From Anthoceros angustus (taxonomy: Eukaryota; Plantae; Anthocerotophyta), in the NCBI GenBank assembly GCA_010909165.1, contig MU008191.1, forward strand, positions 434,001 to 498,000: DNA of 64,000 bases, in the 5' to 3' direction. Below the pieces are notes generated by a model that saw only the letters and a program-made list of their open reading frames with translations, had not been told where the DNA came from and made no database searches. Position 1 is the first letter of the stretch. The number at the start of each line of letters is the position of its first letter. Positions 22,333-34,610 of the stretch are shown here, piece by piece. The translations under genes were made by a program, and so were the position numbers.

Positions 22333-23732
22333 GATTGGAGTCCTCCCGATCCCTACCAGTCCGACCGAATCGATCCGATGTTCAAACGGGCCTCAAACCA
22401 ACTCGTTCCCCTCCCCGCCTCCTTCTCCCGTGCTTTGCCTGCTGATGCAACATACGCCGTACCTGTCCGAGCCTCCTCTTCCCGCAAACAAAACCGGCAG
22501 TGTGAGGGAACGCGACGCAGCCAGCAGCCAGCAGCCGCTGCGGCCTAATTGTACAATGCGCAGTCTCGGGGGATGAAACCAGCCATGGCGCGAAGGATGC
22601 CAGGGGCAGGATTCAAGGCCGAGAACTCCAGCAGCAGAGACAGCCGAAGCCGGAGCGGAGGAGGTGAAAGACTGGCGGCGCTTAAGAAGAAGCCGCAGCA
22701 CCTTGCCATTAAGTAGCGTCGGCAGACGCTCAGGCAAATTGCGCAAGTTGGGAGATAGGATCCACTCGTGGACGGACAAGTTGGTCCCTGTCAGAACGAA
22801 GAAGGCGGGTGGAAGCAACCGCTTCGTCACGTTTCTCCCTCCATCGGCCCACCGACACCCTTCCGAAAAAGGAGGGCCACACAACTTGCCCAGCAGATTG
22901 CGGGTTGGTCCATATTGTCAAGCGGGCTGCGTTTCTCAACGCTTTTTACATCCAAGATACCGGGGAGTTTCGTATGTGAGCATGTGGACACCTACCCGCT
23001 ACGGGTTCATGATACTATGCGCAGTGATACGATGCGGTACAAGATAAAATAAAGAAGCGTGGATATGAAAACTCTTTGGTTGCATGAGCCGCGTAGAAGA
23101 TATTTACCGTGGCAGAGTTTACTCGGCTGCTCCAGAATCGTGCCAAATCTGTGACTGTCCAAGCACCTTTCAGGACACCGTCATATTTCATCGTGGTTGC
23201 CCTCCGGGGCGGTGGCTTGTTATTTCTGCGTGTGCTTCTTTCCACGACCAGGTCACATGTGACGACGCGCTTCACCAAGTGTCCCTGTCATCTTCATACA
23301 TGTCACTGCAAGCTTGATATTAAATGCAGAAATGACCGAGGACAGGGCCCTCCTCCCTGGCCCAGAAATCGGTTACCCTTGAAGTTTCAGGAGGTGTGAC
23401 TTCAACGTCCACAAGCATCTGATGCTCCTGCATTGCTAATGACTCTGGACTCTAGTACAAGAAGCTTGGGAGTTGCAAGGACGTATACTACTGAAACAAT
23501 GCCAAATTCAAGTATCCAGCCTCCCTGGCAGGTGATGGATACTGATACTGTAGCAAGTATGCCAACCTGATTCATGCAGAAGATCACGAGCTTGTTAAAA
23601 CGCAATAACTGGAAACTGAGCTCTGAGGTATGCATGGTCACATGCGACCACTTGCTTGCCTGGGAGAAATTGACGGGCAAGCCCATAGCTCTCGTCCAGC
23701 TGTCCGAGATTGTATTCTACTGTTAGCAAAAA

Positions 23733-26700
23733 TCAATAGTCCGCCTTTGGTTTCTTCGGCGGAGGTGGTCCCATACTGCCGTTGTGATGATGCTTCCGCT
23801 TAATTCCAAGAAAATGCTCCACCTGCCAAGAAAACTCGGGGTCAAATGTGAACGGAGGAGTCGCCCAGGAGCAGAGGCTTTAAAAAACATGTAAAACACC
23901 CAGTGACTAACCTTCTTGTCCCCAAGCATAGGAGTTAGACTCCCGACCTTGTGCTTATCACCCAACATGGGAGTCAGACTGCCAATGGGCTCCTTCTCCA
24001 CGGTTGCAAAGCCACTTCGAGGATCACTTGTTTGTCTGCAAAACAGGATTGTACTTGAGGTTTTGATCTCCAAGAAGACAATAGATTGGCACAGAGCTGA
24101 CCAGGAAGGCGAAGTTGCTCGGGAGTACTTACCCAGGCTTGATGTGTCCACTGATAACAATGTAAGGGGAGTGGAGATTTGCCTGCGCCTCTCGAATTTT
24201 TTCCATAGACATGAGAGGTGTATCCCCTGAATTCATTTGCTTCAGCTTCAGCTCCTCCTGATGCTGCTTCATTCTTTTTTCCTGCTTCATCTTGCCAGGA
24301 CCCTTTCCATGGAATTTATGTGACAGCTTCCGAAAAGCTTCCTTTGGTGTCATCTGCAGGAAACCGAATAGACCAAGCCCAACAAAAGCAGACTACATTA
24401 GCTGCTAGAGAGAGACCAAACTTGCTCAACTAAATCCAGAGAAAGACTGAGCAGAGTCAAAATGGAGATTGTGAATGTCCACAGTTACCGTTCGGCCAAA
24501 CTCGTCAACACGATCCAGGATGATCTCTCTGTGATCTCTCTTGAATTGCATAGTTGAATCATCCACTATCCCAACTAGCTTGCTCCTCTTCTTATCCATA
24601 TTCCTCCCTCCCCAGTCCACAGTTTCCTTCAAAGTGCCTCTCTCCTTAAGGAGCGTTAAAACACCAGCCAAACCCTTCCCAACTGCAACCTCCTTAATGG
24701 GAGTCTCCGGCTCATCTTTGTCGTCCCTTGACTCATCTCCAGCACCCTGTGCATTTGCAGCTTCCTTAACTTCTGTCCACCCTCCATCAGCAGTTGGGAC
24801 CTCTGGCTCCATAGGAACAGCTGGAGGTTCTTCTTCCTCCTCTCCAAAAGCATCCTTTGGTCCAGCCCTTCGGGTTATGGCTGCATGACAGACAATTACA
24901 TAGAGCTTAAGCACCACCAGCAGAGTTTGAAATGCGGAAGCTTTAAGCAAATAACGACACCAGCCATGAAGCGTTTACCTTCATCAAGTTGGAGGCTCCG
25001 GCAAAACTCCCCGGTGTCAGTAAACACGACCTTTGCTTCTCCCTCCTTCTTATCCTCTCCCCCTGCTGCCCCTGCTCCCTGAGAAGCTTCATCTGACGCC
25101 TGAAGTCCAGCTAAGCGCACAGCAAGACTTTTGGTGCCAGCTCCTGAGTTTTCGGCTTGCTTCTTAAGTGCTGCTTGTCGGGCCCTCACCAGTGACCTGA
25201 ATAAGTCCTGATCTTCCTCTGCTCCAAACACTGGAGTGTCCTCATCCACATCCATCGGAGTAAACACTTTTTGTTGGAGAGCTTTGGAGGCATCCATAGC
25301 TTTGTGAAGCGCACTCTGGTAAGCACTCTTTCGTGCATCTGCCACACCTTCCTCCTCTGCCTTCTTTGCAGCCGGGACACTACGAGAACCCCGGGCGCCG
25401 TGATCAGAAGAACCAAGACCAGCTGGAGCTGCTTCTGCTTCAAGAGCATACAGCTCAAGCTTGTTTTTTTTGCGCAACTTCTTCTGCTTCTTGGGTTTCT
25501 TGAACAGCACCATTTCTTCCTCTGTAAAAAAGTCTGCGGCAATAGCCTTGGTATTCAGTGACTGTTCCATACGGCTGCCAATACCTTGCAGCTTTTGTCG
25601 AATCTGAGCAGTACAGGCCGAATTAACTCAGTATCCCGAAAAAAAAAGTTATGGGCACCACTAGCATAACTTCAACTTTGACTGAAACCATGATGCAATA
25701 GGCACACAGTTGCGTAAGTTAAGCAAACTATGGGATCCACTACAACTAACCCTGAGTACTGCAGCAGACAGATTAACGTACCTCTTCCAGCTTTTGTTTG
25801 CTCTCGTCTGCAATACCTCCGGTCTCATCAAGGACAACACCCTGCAGATGACATAACCAGATGTGAGGTTGTCCCAAACTAAGTTAGTTCCTCAACTACA
25901 ATGGCAACTTTGCAGTGGAATAGCTCCATAAAGATGGTAGTGCAGAACTACAGTGACCCGAAGTTTACCTCGTCTTTAACTGCATCATCATACTGTGGTA
26001 ATATACTCCGCGAAGCAATTCCAGTGATATCATTGTCAAACCTGTACAAACATGTGACCTGTCACGTACCCAAAATGTGGCATGACTCAAGCAGATGGCA
26101 TAACACAAGCCTTCTGATAGTGAAAACAAATGAAACTAAGGGACAACAAAATAATGAACAGTATCTCAACATACTTGTCTTCATAGATTCCCGGTTTTTT
26201 CTTGGCTGCCTTATAAGCATCTTCTCGTTGTTGCTGCTGGGCGATTTCTATGTTCTCCAATTCATCAACCTCTGCATCAAACTCACATTCATGAGCACTA
26301 CAAAGACTGCACCCATCAGAAAGCAAGCAAAGTCTATATATCCCTGGCATTCCATAAACGTGGAATGTTTACCTTCGTTCACATCATCTCCCGCCAGAAT
26401 GTTACTATCCTTCAGAGTAAGCACCACAGAGCCACCTTCCATCACCTGATCTAACCCATGTCGGACTTTCACTCCTGCCAGATTCTCTGCAAAACATCCA
26501 GAAAACCCCAAAGAATCGGTTGATGCACGCATGGCAATTCAAACCCTGCACAATCATAGTGATAGCAAACCCAAAAATAGCTTACTTTTGTCAATATTAT
26601 CAGCTGGGTCTTCATCAATGGAATCCTCCTCCTCTTCATTGTCGTCCTGGAAGGGGCAAGTACACATATTTGCTTTTCTTCAGTGAACAAGAGAGTGGCC

Positions 26701-28139
26701 ACAAAAGCAGGAGGACAATAGTGCAATCTGAGATAGCAGCCGACCTGTTCAGACAGCATCTTGGCCCTTTGAGCAGCCTTTTCCATCTCCAACTTTCTGC
26801 TCTTATTGACCCAAGATGAAATATCATCTTCGGCAGCCAGGTTTTCAGGTTCGGTCTTCTTGGCAGATCTTCTATCCACATTAGACTTTAACCTCTCCTC
26901 CCGCATCCTGCAGTGTAGTGCAATGTATGCTCATCTCAGACCAGGTGCAGATAAACTGGACACTGGGTTGCAAGGTAACCCTGCAAAACCATACACCCGT
27001 GGATCTTGAAAGAAAGGGTTCTGGCAAGTCACAAACATGAAACTCTCCCATCTCTAACATGCAGCACATCATGGTAGAACTTCAAAGAGATTTGCTTCCC
27101 GACATTCAGCAAAAGGAACTATCCTTGCTGGTGTGCTACAAAGCTACATAAGATACATATCCCACTCGTCAAGACAACCCATGAGAGCAGCTACTCACAG
27201 ACGAAGTTCTACGGTACAGGAGACTCCACCAGACCACCCACTGCAAAAAACTGCCAGGGAAAGGGCAAAATCCCAAAGGTCGAAGATGTACCTGGATACT
27301 CGTGCTTCCAGTTCGGAGGATGCATGCTGAGGCTCCTTGTGAGACCTCTCCTGCTCATCACGATGCCTCTCCCTTTCATCCCGCTTCTCCGCATCACTTT
27401 CTTTATGCTTAGGCTTTTGCCGCTCCTTCTCCTTAAGATTTCTCGATTCCCAATCATTACCCACACTCAGCAGTCCTTTGTGAGACTTGTCACGCTCCTC
27501 TCTCGGCTTCTCCCTCTCGTCCTTCTTCTCTGCGTCCTGATCCCTATCCTTGTCCCTCAGTTTGGACTTCTGCCGATCCCTCTCGCTATCCCTCTCCCGG
27601 TCCCTATCTCTCTCGCGATCCGTATCCCTATCTCTCTCATTTTCCCGCTCCCGATCACGCTCCCTGTCCCTCTCCCTGTCCCGTTCCTTCTGTTTCTGCT
27701 TCTGCCGATCCCTCTCGAGCTCTCTTTCCCTATCCTTCTCCCGCTGCCTTTCTTTGTCCTTCTCCCGCTGCCTCTCCTTCTCCACTTCCCTCTCCTTCTC
27801 CTTTGCCCTATCCCTGTCCTTCTCCTTCGCTCTGTGCTCCTTGTCCCGCTCCCGTTCCTTGTCCTTGCCCCCCTTCTCCTTCTCCTTCTCCTTCTCCTTC
27901 TCCTCCTTCTCCTTCTCCTTCTCCTTCTCCCTATCCCGCTCCTTCCCTTTCTCCTCCTCCCTGTCCCTCCCTTTCTCCCTTTCCTCCTTCTCCTTCTCCC
28001 TGCCCTTTTCTCTATCCCTGTCCCGCTCCTTCACTCTGTCCCGCTCCTTCTCCCTGTCCCGATCCTTTTCCTTCCCTCCGCTCCGGGCCATCCCTCCTCC
28101 TGCTGCGCTCCGGCAGTCCTCCCGCCTCCGCTCAGCCAT
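23733..28139 (-). CDS. SART1: SART-1 / U4/U6.U5 tri-snRNP-associated protein 1 (DOT2-like), ~12 exons
   Basis: RE/KD-rich N-terminus; LAGVKVRHGLDQVMEGGSVVLTLKDSNIL; VDELENIEI; DWGGRNMDKKRSKL; RVDEFGRT/MTPKEAFRKLSHKFHGKGPGKMKQEKR; final exon VEHFLGIKRK...PKKPKADY* (TGA at 23733-23735). GT-AG introns. Confidence 0.95.
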
Positions 28140-28427
28140 TGCACCTCAATCAACTGAATTTCCAGGCTCCATGCATCCCAATTCCAGGCCCCCAAGACAA
28201 CCCCGATTCTCAGCTTCTCGCAAAAGCTTTCGCCAGCCACTACACCGTCATCAAATCCTTCATCAGCATCTCCTCGAGCTAAGAGCTGTTCTGGGCGATA
28301 CACTGTGTGCTGCGTCGACGATGGCCCTAAAAAACGCACTCTTGCGAAGTAGTTTCACTTTTACTGTACTCACACTCAGCTACTTCGCGATTCAATTCGC
28401 GTTGAGACGTCCATCTTGTTCCCAAAT

Positions 28428-29475
28428 ATGGCCGCCCGCTACTTGGTCGATTTGGATGGCAAGGTGGCGTTGTGTTTGGAGCTGAGCAAGACGTCAGCTT
28501 TCCTCTGGCGCTGAGCCTGGCCAAGCACGGCTGCAAGCTTGTGCTGATCGGGAGAAGAGCGGATCTGGAATCGGTCCCGAGATGGATTATGGAGGATGTA
28601 GATGAAGCGCTTCGGATCAACGGTGGCAGCAGACTGCTATTTAGTGACGTCAAGGTTGTGGAATTCGATGCAACCGCCGGGGAGGCGAAAGCTGATGCAG
28701 CGGTGGAGGAGGGAATTCGTGCATTTGGCTCTGTTGTTGTTCTGTTACACTCTGGCTTGTACCAGGGTGATTCTCGACAGGGAAGAATTGCTAGCATGTA
28801 ATTCGACTGTAGTTTTGACAGTTCCTTGTCGTTAACCGCTTGGAATTTGCACAGTGAACAGCGAAACCGACACCACCGCTCGAGCTGGCAGAGGAAGGGT
28901 GGGATAAAACGATGAGTCAGAACGTGAAGGGAGGGTGGCTTCTCAGCAAGGCTGTTAGCAAGCGGATGCAGCAGCAGGGAAAGGGGGGATCGATTATTTT
29001 CGTCACCTCCATAGCTGGCATTCATCGATCCTTATTTCCTGGTCACGCTGCTTTCGGGACGTCTATTGCTGCTATCCATCACTTAACTCAGGTAAATGCT
29101 GAATCTCAATTTCTCGTCGTCATCAACGAATTTCGATGCAAGTAGGATATGCCGGATCTCGGATAAAGTGCCATCCGATTATGTGTTTGCTTGTTGGAAC
29201 GGTTGAATCAGGCTTTGGCTATGGAGTTGGGGAAGTATCAAATTCGAGTGAACGCCATCGCCAGAGGACTCCTGGAATCGGACCGTGGCATAAACCCGGC
29301 GGGGACACCGGCCGAGGTCGTTGTCCGGTTGAAACGGTGGCTTCGCATTAGCCAGGATTTGCCTGCTCTGGTGTTACTTTATGCAGGGTACTTCAACAAA
29401 TATTTGACCGCCAACATCTCTATTGTAGACGGCGGGCTATCGATAGTGAAAGCAAGGATGAAAGCAGCAGTGTAA
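28428..29475 (+). CDS. Short-chain dehydrogenase/reductase-like protein, 3 exons, apparent 1-bp frameshift near 28470
   Basis: LDGKVAL|VFGA, NVKGGWLLSKAV, GGSIIFVTSIAG, ALAMELGKYQIRVNAIARGL, VDGG. Exons ~28428-28765, 28855-29091 and 29212-29475. Confidence 0.82.
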
Positions 29476-29724
29476 GAAAGCAGAAACTCCTACGCAGAGT
29501 GCCTCCGCCGGCCCGATGAGGAGCGGGATGAATGACTTCAGAAGAGGACAAGACCAACTATGTATGTATGTATGTATAACCCTAGTTCTTTATGACTAAT
29601 ATCATCTGATCTGTACATACATGATGTGCACATACATTGAGGCCAGAGGACGATCCGACAGTGGTAGCGAACTACACAGAGCCATATCCGGTATGGCAAG
29701 ACGAGAAATAAATGGGAGCTGTGA

Positions 29725-30282
29725 TCACTTCCCGACAAGCGACTTCAACCACCAGGCACCGTGCTTGTCATGCTCTTGGTTCTCCTGGTCTCCGCCTTCA
29801 GGCTGGGGAGTTTTATGCAGCTTGCTCACATCGAAGCCCTGGCCCTCCGCAATCTGCAGCAGCCGCTGGTAGGTCTCGTCACTCAACTCTGGAGTTCTGC
29901 TCAGAATCCACAAGTACTTCCTGGTGTTCTCCCCAACCAGAGCCCACTGATACTCCTCATCCAGAGCCAGCACCCAGTAGTTCCCCGTCACTGGAATGAC
30001 AGGCAGGAACGGCGGCACCCAGAAGCGCACCTTGAACTTGGCCTCGTCGCTCTTGGGATCCGCCTTCCACGCCTTCCCCTGGATGCTGGCCCGCTTCCCC
30101 CCTGTGAAGGTCTCGTTCAACACCCCCACAGTCCCGTCCTCCTTCAGAGTGTAGCTTGCCCTAGTGTTGGTCCCGTCCTGGGGCTGGAACCTGGAGGGCA
30201 TGCATGCTATCTCGTACCACCGGCCCTGGTACTTCTCCAACTCCAGGCCTGTCACAACCTTGGGCTCATCTGCCACTCCCAT
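29725..30282 (-). CDS. TIL: Temperature-induced lipocalin
   Basis: YQGRWYEIA, NTRASYTL, KFKVRFWVPPFLPVIPVTGNYWVL, YLWILSR, GAWWLKSLVGK. Single exon. Confidence 0.95.
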   Translation of the reverse strand: MGVADEPKVVTGLELEKYQGRWYEIACMPSRFQPQDGTNTRASYTLKEDGTVGVLNETFTGGKRASIQGKAWKADPKSDEAKFKVRFWVPPFLPVIPVTGNYWVLALDEEYQWALVGENTRKYLWILSRTPELSDETYQRLLQIAEGQGFDVSKLHKTPQPEGGDQENQEHDKHGAWWLKSLVGK

Positions 30283-31188
30283 CCCCGCAAGCTCTGCTCT
30301 CAACCCTCCCTCCCACAGCACCCTACACCCTGGCAGGCTCTCGCAATGGACAACGCGGTGTTCACCCTTTCCCGTTCTTCAAACGAAGCAGGTTTAGAAT
30401 GCAGAAGGACAAGTTACTCGGGCCGAACACCTTCCCGTTTTTCCGACAAGCAGGTCTTGAACACAGAAGAAAACTTGAGCGCCAAGGTATGAGGCCCCAA
30501 ACCTTCTCGGCACTTCCACTCAGTCGAGAACCTTCTTAGGCGAGGAATAAGACATGCACACCTGGAGCTCCCGTGGTCATTCAGAACGGGCCACCAAGAG
30601 CCAGCCAAGTGGCCTGCTTTTGTATTTTGCGCGCATTGTCCTGGCCGGATTGGCCTAGCCACGGTCCGTCAGAGCGCAGCACTGCCAGCGCAGCAACCTG
30701 ATGGTGACGTGGCAGGCTCCTATGCCACATCACATGCCCTAAGCCCGGGTTCGGGCTGTATAAGCGGGTCCGTGAACAACTCTGATCTGTTTCAGGATTG
30801 TCGATATCGAGGTGCAGCGCGGAAGGATCTGGTGAGTCGTCGTTCCGTGCAGATGAGTTGCTACTGTAGTGGAATTTTGTTGCAACTTGTGTGAGATCTA
30901 TGTTTCGCGTTTGCTTCTAAGCTGGCATCGGAAGTGTGATCCATTTTGGTGCTTGTTGGATGGGATCGGAGTTGTTTCTTTTTTTGCGTTTTACAGGTGC
31001 CTGATCTGAGCGGTGTTGGTGTGACGTTGGGGCTGCCATTTTGGTTGCTTTTGATGGTGATTAGGGTTTGAGGAAGGTCGGATGGCGGGTATGGCTTGCT
31101 CTAATGTTTGTTGGCGTGGCTTCTTGTTAATTGGTTGGTGCAGGTGGTGACGTGTTGGTGACGTTATTCTCGTGGAGAAGCAGCAGCC

Positions 31189-31584
31189 ATGGCTCTGGAA
31201 TGGATTGCATTGGCTCTGGCAACAGGTGCGGAAGGGCTGCTGCTGCTGGTGTTGACGCTCCCTGGGTTGGATGGACTCCGGAAAGGCCTGATTACCGTGG
31301 CCAGGGGCCTGTTGCAGCCCCTCCTCGCGGTTGTGCCATTTGGCCTGTTTCTGCTGCTCGAAATTTACTGGAAGTACGAGCATATGCCACACAACTGCAA
31401 GGACACTCACTGCAGTGTAGCTGAGCAAGACCGCCACATCAAGTCCCTGTACAAGAGCCAGCGGAACTTGGTTTTGGTCATTGGCTCCATATTGCTGTAT
31501 TGGTTGCTCTACCGAGTGGTGCAGTTGTTGGTCCAACTGGAGAAGCTGAATACTCAGTACAAGAAGCTCAAGGAATCCGAGTAG
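31189..31584 (+). CDS. BAP29/BAP31-like ER membrane protein
   Basis: MALEW..LLTLPGLDGLRKGL..IYWKYE..KSQRN, with three hydrophobic helices and a C-terminal coiled coil. Confidence 0.88.
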   Translation: MALEWIALALATGAEGLLLLVLTLPGLDGLRKGLITVARGLLQPLLAVVPFGLFLLLEIYWKYEHMPHNCKDTHCSVAEQDRHIKSLYKSQRNLVLVIGSILLYWLLYRVVQLLVQLEKLNTQYKKLKESE

Positions 31585-32117
31585 AGGCAACTGTAGTGCA
31601 CTTCTGGTAGAGATGTGACTCATCTGACTAGTTGAAACTTTGAAGAAGGATAGACGCGTTTGATTGCTCACACGGCTTGCAGCCGGATGGACGGGTGTTC
31701 ACTACTGTAGGATATTCTATAGATCTGTGCTTCGATTCTGCAGTTCACTGGCGTAGGGGAAAGGATGCAGCAATTGGTTCAGGTTTTGGAAGCCAAAGAA
31801 CCGGCTAAATCCAAGCCCATGTGAGAAACACTGCGATGCGTAAAGGATCTTTTCTGAACCTAAAAGATACCCTCGTGCCTTGTGAAATGAGTCGGCCTTG
31901 CACGCTAATCTAAAAATCAATTCCTCCCGTCGCGAAGTTCTGGGATGAACCGTAAGCAGCATTTGTCCTCTTGCAGACGAGGAACAAAAGGGACACGTCG
32001 TTCATGTGTTTCCATGTCGACCCTCCTCCCCCGACGTGCCTCTTAGGAGTTGTCGAAATATAGCTCCAGTACTGGACACCTTCACTTCAATCAGAGTGCA
32101 ACATCAGAGTGTAAGAA

Positions 32118-32639
32118 ATGGCACTTAGGTGTGGACTAATCCTTATTTGCTCCCTGTTCTTATGCGCCTGTATCGATGCAAAATTTCTGAGCTTGAAGAG
32201 AAACTTCCACCAGGGTGATACACTGAAAGTTGGCAAGTTCTTAGAATCTGGAGCGTATCGTCTTACACTGGGGTCTGATTGTGCTCTGGAAATCAGTAAG
32301 AAAAATTCCTCAAAACTAGTTTGGTCTTCCGAAACAGCCCATCTCGGATTCCACATATGTGAAGCTAAGCTAGAGATTGACGGTGACCTGGTTATAGTCT
32401 CTTCACACGATCCTAAAAATCGGAGTGTGACCATTCAACCTGCGAAGAAGCATCTTATTTGGAGTTCAGAGAGTGGTAGAAACACTCCATATTATGGAAA
32501 AATTGCAAGAAACAAGATGTATTATCTTACACTTCGAGAAAGTGAGTATGGGGTTGGTGAAGCTGTGATTTTCATATCCTTTTCACGTGATAGGACTTGG
32601 ACCACTTTACCAATTTGGTCAACCGCTGGAGAATTTTAG
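32118..32639 (+). CDS. Secreted bulb-type (GNA-like) lectin-domain protein
   Basis: Signal peptide, then GDTL..G..LESGAYRLTL.SDC.L.I...VWSS.T....C...L..DGDLVI.....IWSS B-lectin pattern. Confidence 0.78.
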   Translation: MALRCGLILICSLFLCACIDAKFLSLKRNFHQGDTLKVGKFLESGAYRLTLGSDCALEISKKNSSKLVWSSETAHLGFHICEAKLEIDGDLVIVSSHDPKNRSVTIQPAKKHLIWSSESGRNTPYYGKIARNKMYYLTLRESEYGVGEAVIFISFSRDRTWTTLPIWSTAGEF

Positions 32640-33954
32640 AATCGTCAGTCATTGTTAGCCATCTTTGCATGATGTGTAGTTTTGTTTATCTTAAATTTCA
32701 ACTACCTCCGGAAGCCAAAAAAAAATGATGTTTCAATCTATTTTCTTTCGCAACCTTTATAGGATTTGATGTTTAAGTTAGAGATCTACTTGTCACAGAC
32801 CTTGAGCGCGAGCAAACTGTGCACCTATGTTAAGCTGAATTGTAAGTGATGTACTGAATATCATGATACGAGTGAATTTAAGTGGTGCTAACAGTGTGTT
32901 TGGTTTCATAACATCCGCATCCATCACAAAGATATCAACCACATGGATGTATTTTGATCACAATTTTGATTCAAGAAAAATATGAAACCGTGTTATGCCC
33001 TCACACTTACACGCTCAGCTTGGGAGTTGAGAGAAACAAAGTGGCATGTTCCGAATACTTCAACCGGCACTCCTCGTACTGTAAGGGGTAAACAAACAGA
33101 GGTACACGATAGCGATAGCCTCGGAGAGGAGAGGAGGCAAGCCATATGAAAATGAGCCATCTGTCAGGCCTTGATATGGAGCAGAATAGGTAGGCGGGAT
33201 TGGGGAGTTGTCACACTTGAGAGCCCTGCATCCGCAGTGGGTTGATTAATAGGGCTATAAATAGGAGTTTCTCTCTGCCCGAGGAGAATGCTTTAAAATC
33301 CAACACAGTTAGAGGCTGGATGAGATGAATGAGGGCCGGAATGGGGCGACGAATCCCGTGGCGTCTGAAGGGATGAACGCCCCTGAGCATTTCCGACCCA
33401 AGCGGAAGCGAGTGTGGAGCAACGGCATGATCGCCCAACATCATCATGAGCAGGGGCGTGGGCGTAGGGTCCTGGGTCCTGGGTCCTGGGTCCTGGGGAA
33501 GGGAAGGGCAACGGTAACCAGCGATTCGGGATTCGCGATTCGGGATTCGCGATCCCAACAACATACCATGTACATATACACATGCAGGCTATGCCGCTTG
33601 GCAGACATCCCAGTTACAGTTACAGACTGCCCTGTGAGAGATGTGCGACGGTGGAATCGGCAGCCGCACAATTTGAGACGTCAGAAGACAAGACGACAGG
33701 GCGCAAGCCCAGTTTAACAAGCCATCAGGAGTCGCAGCAGACTAGTGTTCGGGGCGTGACGACACACCGTCGGCGAGCAGGCTGCAGGGGTGACGTCACC
33801 CTCGCCTGCTCCCGAGCGTCAGCGCATGGCGGACGCGGCGACCTACTGATAGGAACGACGAGAAGAAAGCCTACTGCCTCTCACGCCATTACCATGACAC
33901 CAACATGGAGTGCTTTGCCTTTGCCCGGGCCAGCTCGCCAGCTCCGGAAGCTCT

Positions 33955-34032
33955 TCCTGTTTCTGTTTCTGTTCCTGTTCCTGTTCATGTTCATGTTCCT
34001 GTTCCGGTTCCTGTTCCGGTTCCTGTTCCTGT
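33955..34032. repeat. (TTCCTG)n-type hexamer microsatellite
   Basis: ~13 degenerate hexamer units. Confidence 0.85.
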
Positions 34033-34244
34033 TCCACGAACATTCTGTGACCTCGTCTCCGGCCCCGTAAACTTTGGGCTAGTCAACTTCAGCATTAAAC
34101 TCGCCACTGCGACTGGACGACTCACACTCTTTGTTGACTGCACTGTTTCACGCAGTCAAGCTCGTGGCTGGCGTCTTCATGGAGGGCCTCTTCTTGGGAT
34201 GATACGTGTGCGTACAGATCTCCCCATTCCCCACACCCAAGGGC

Positions 34245-34610
34245 GCCAGCAAGGAAAACCCAAAAACCTATGACACAACCCACAAACACCCACAACATAT
34301 CGTTGGACAATTCCAAACCCTGAGGGCCCTTTCCCTTTCTTCTCAACCCACCCCATCGTACCGTGTAAGGAGGATGAGGATCTGGGTGTCCTCGGCTGCC
34401 CCTTTCCGAAAAGGGGCCAACAAGGAAAACCCACAAATCTGAAATAGAACCCACAAATACCCTCAACACACCCTGGCACAAGTCCAACAGCGAGTCCACG
34501 GGACGGACACGGCGTTGTTGTAGGGGCGATGCGGTGCGTGTACCTCTCCCCTTCTCGAGAAAAGGCAGCAGCAAGGAAAACCCACAAATCTCAAGTAGAA
34601 CCCACAAAGA
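34245..34610. repeat. Three diverged direct repeats, ~150-170-bp spacing
   Basis: CARCAAGGAAAACCCA.AAA.CT....ACCCACAAA at ~34247, ~34418 and ~34569. Confidence 0.75.

Noticed and set aside
27324-28485. Long plus-strand ORFs (SLSFS/LLLL/PSPS)
   Set aside because: Antisense shadows of the SART-1 RE/KD low-complexity exon.
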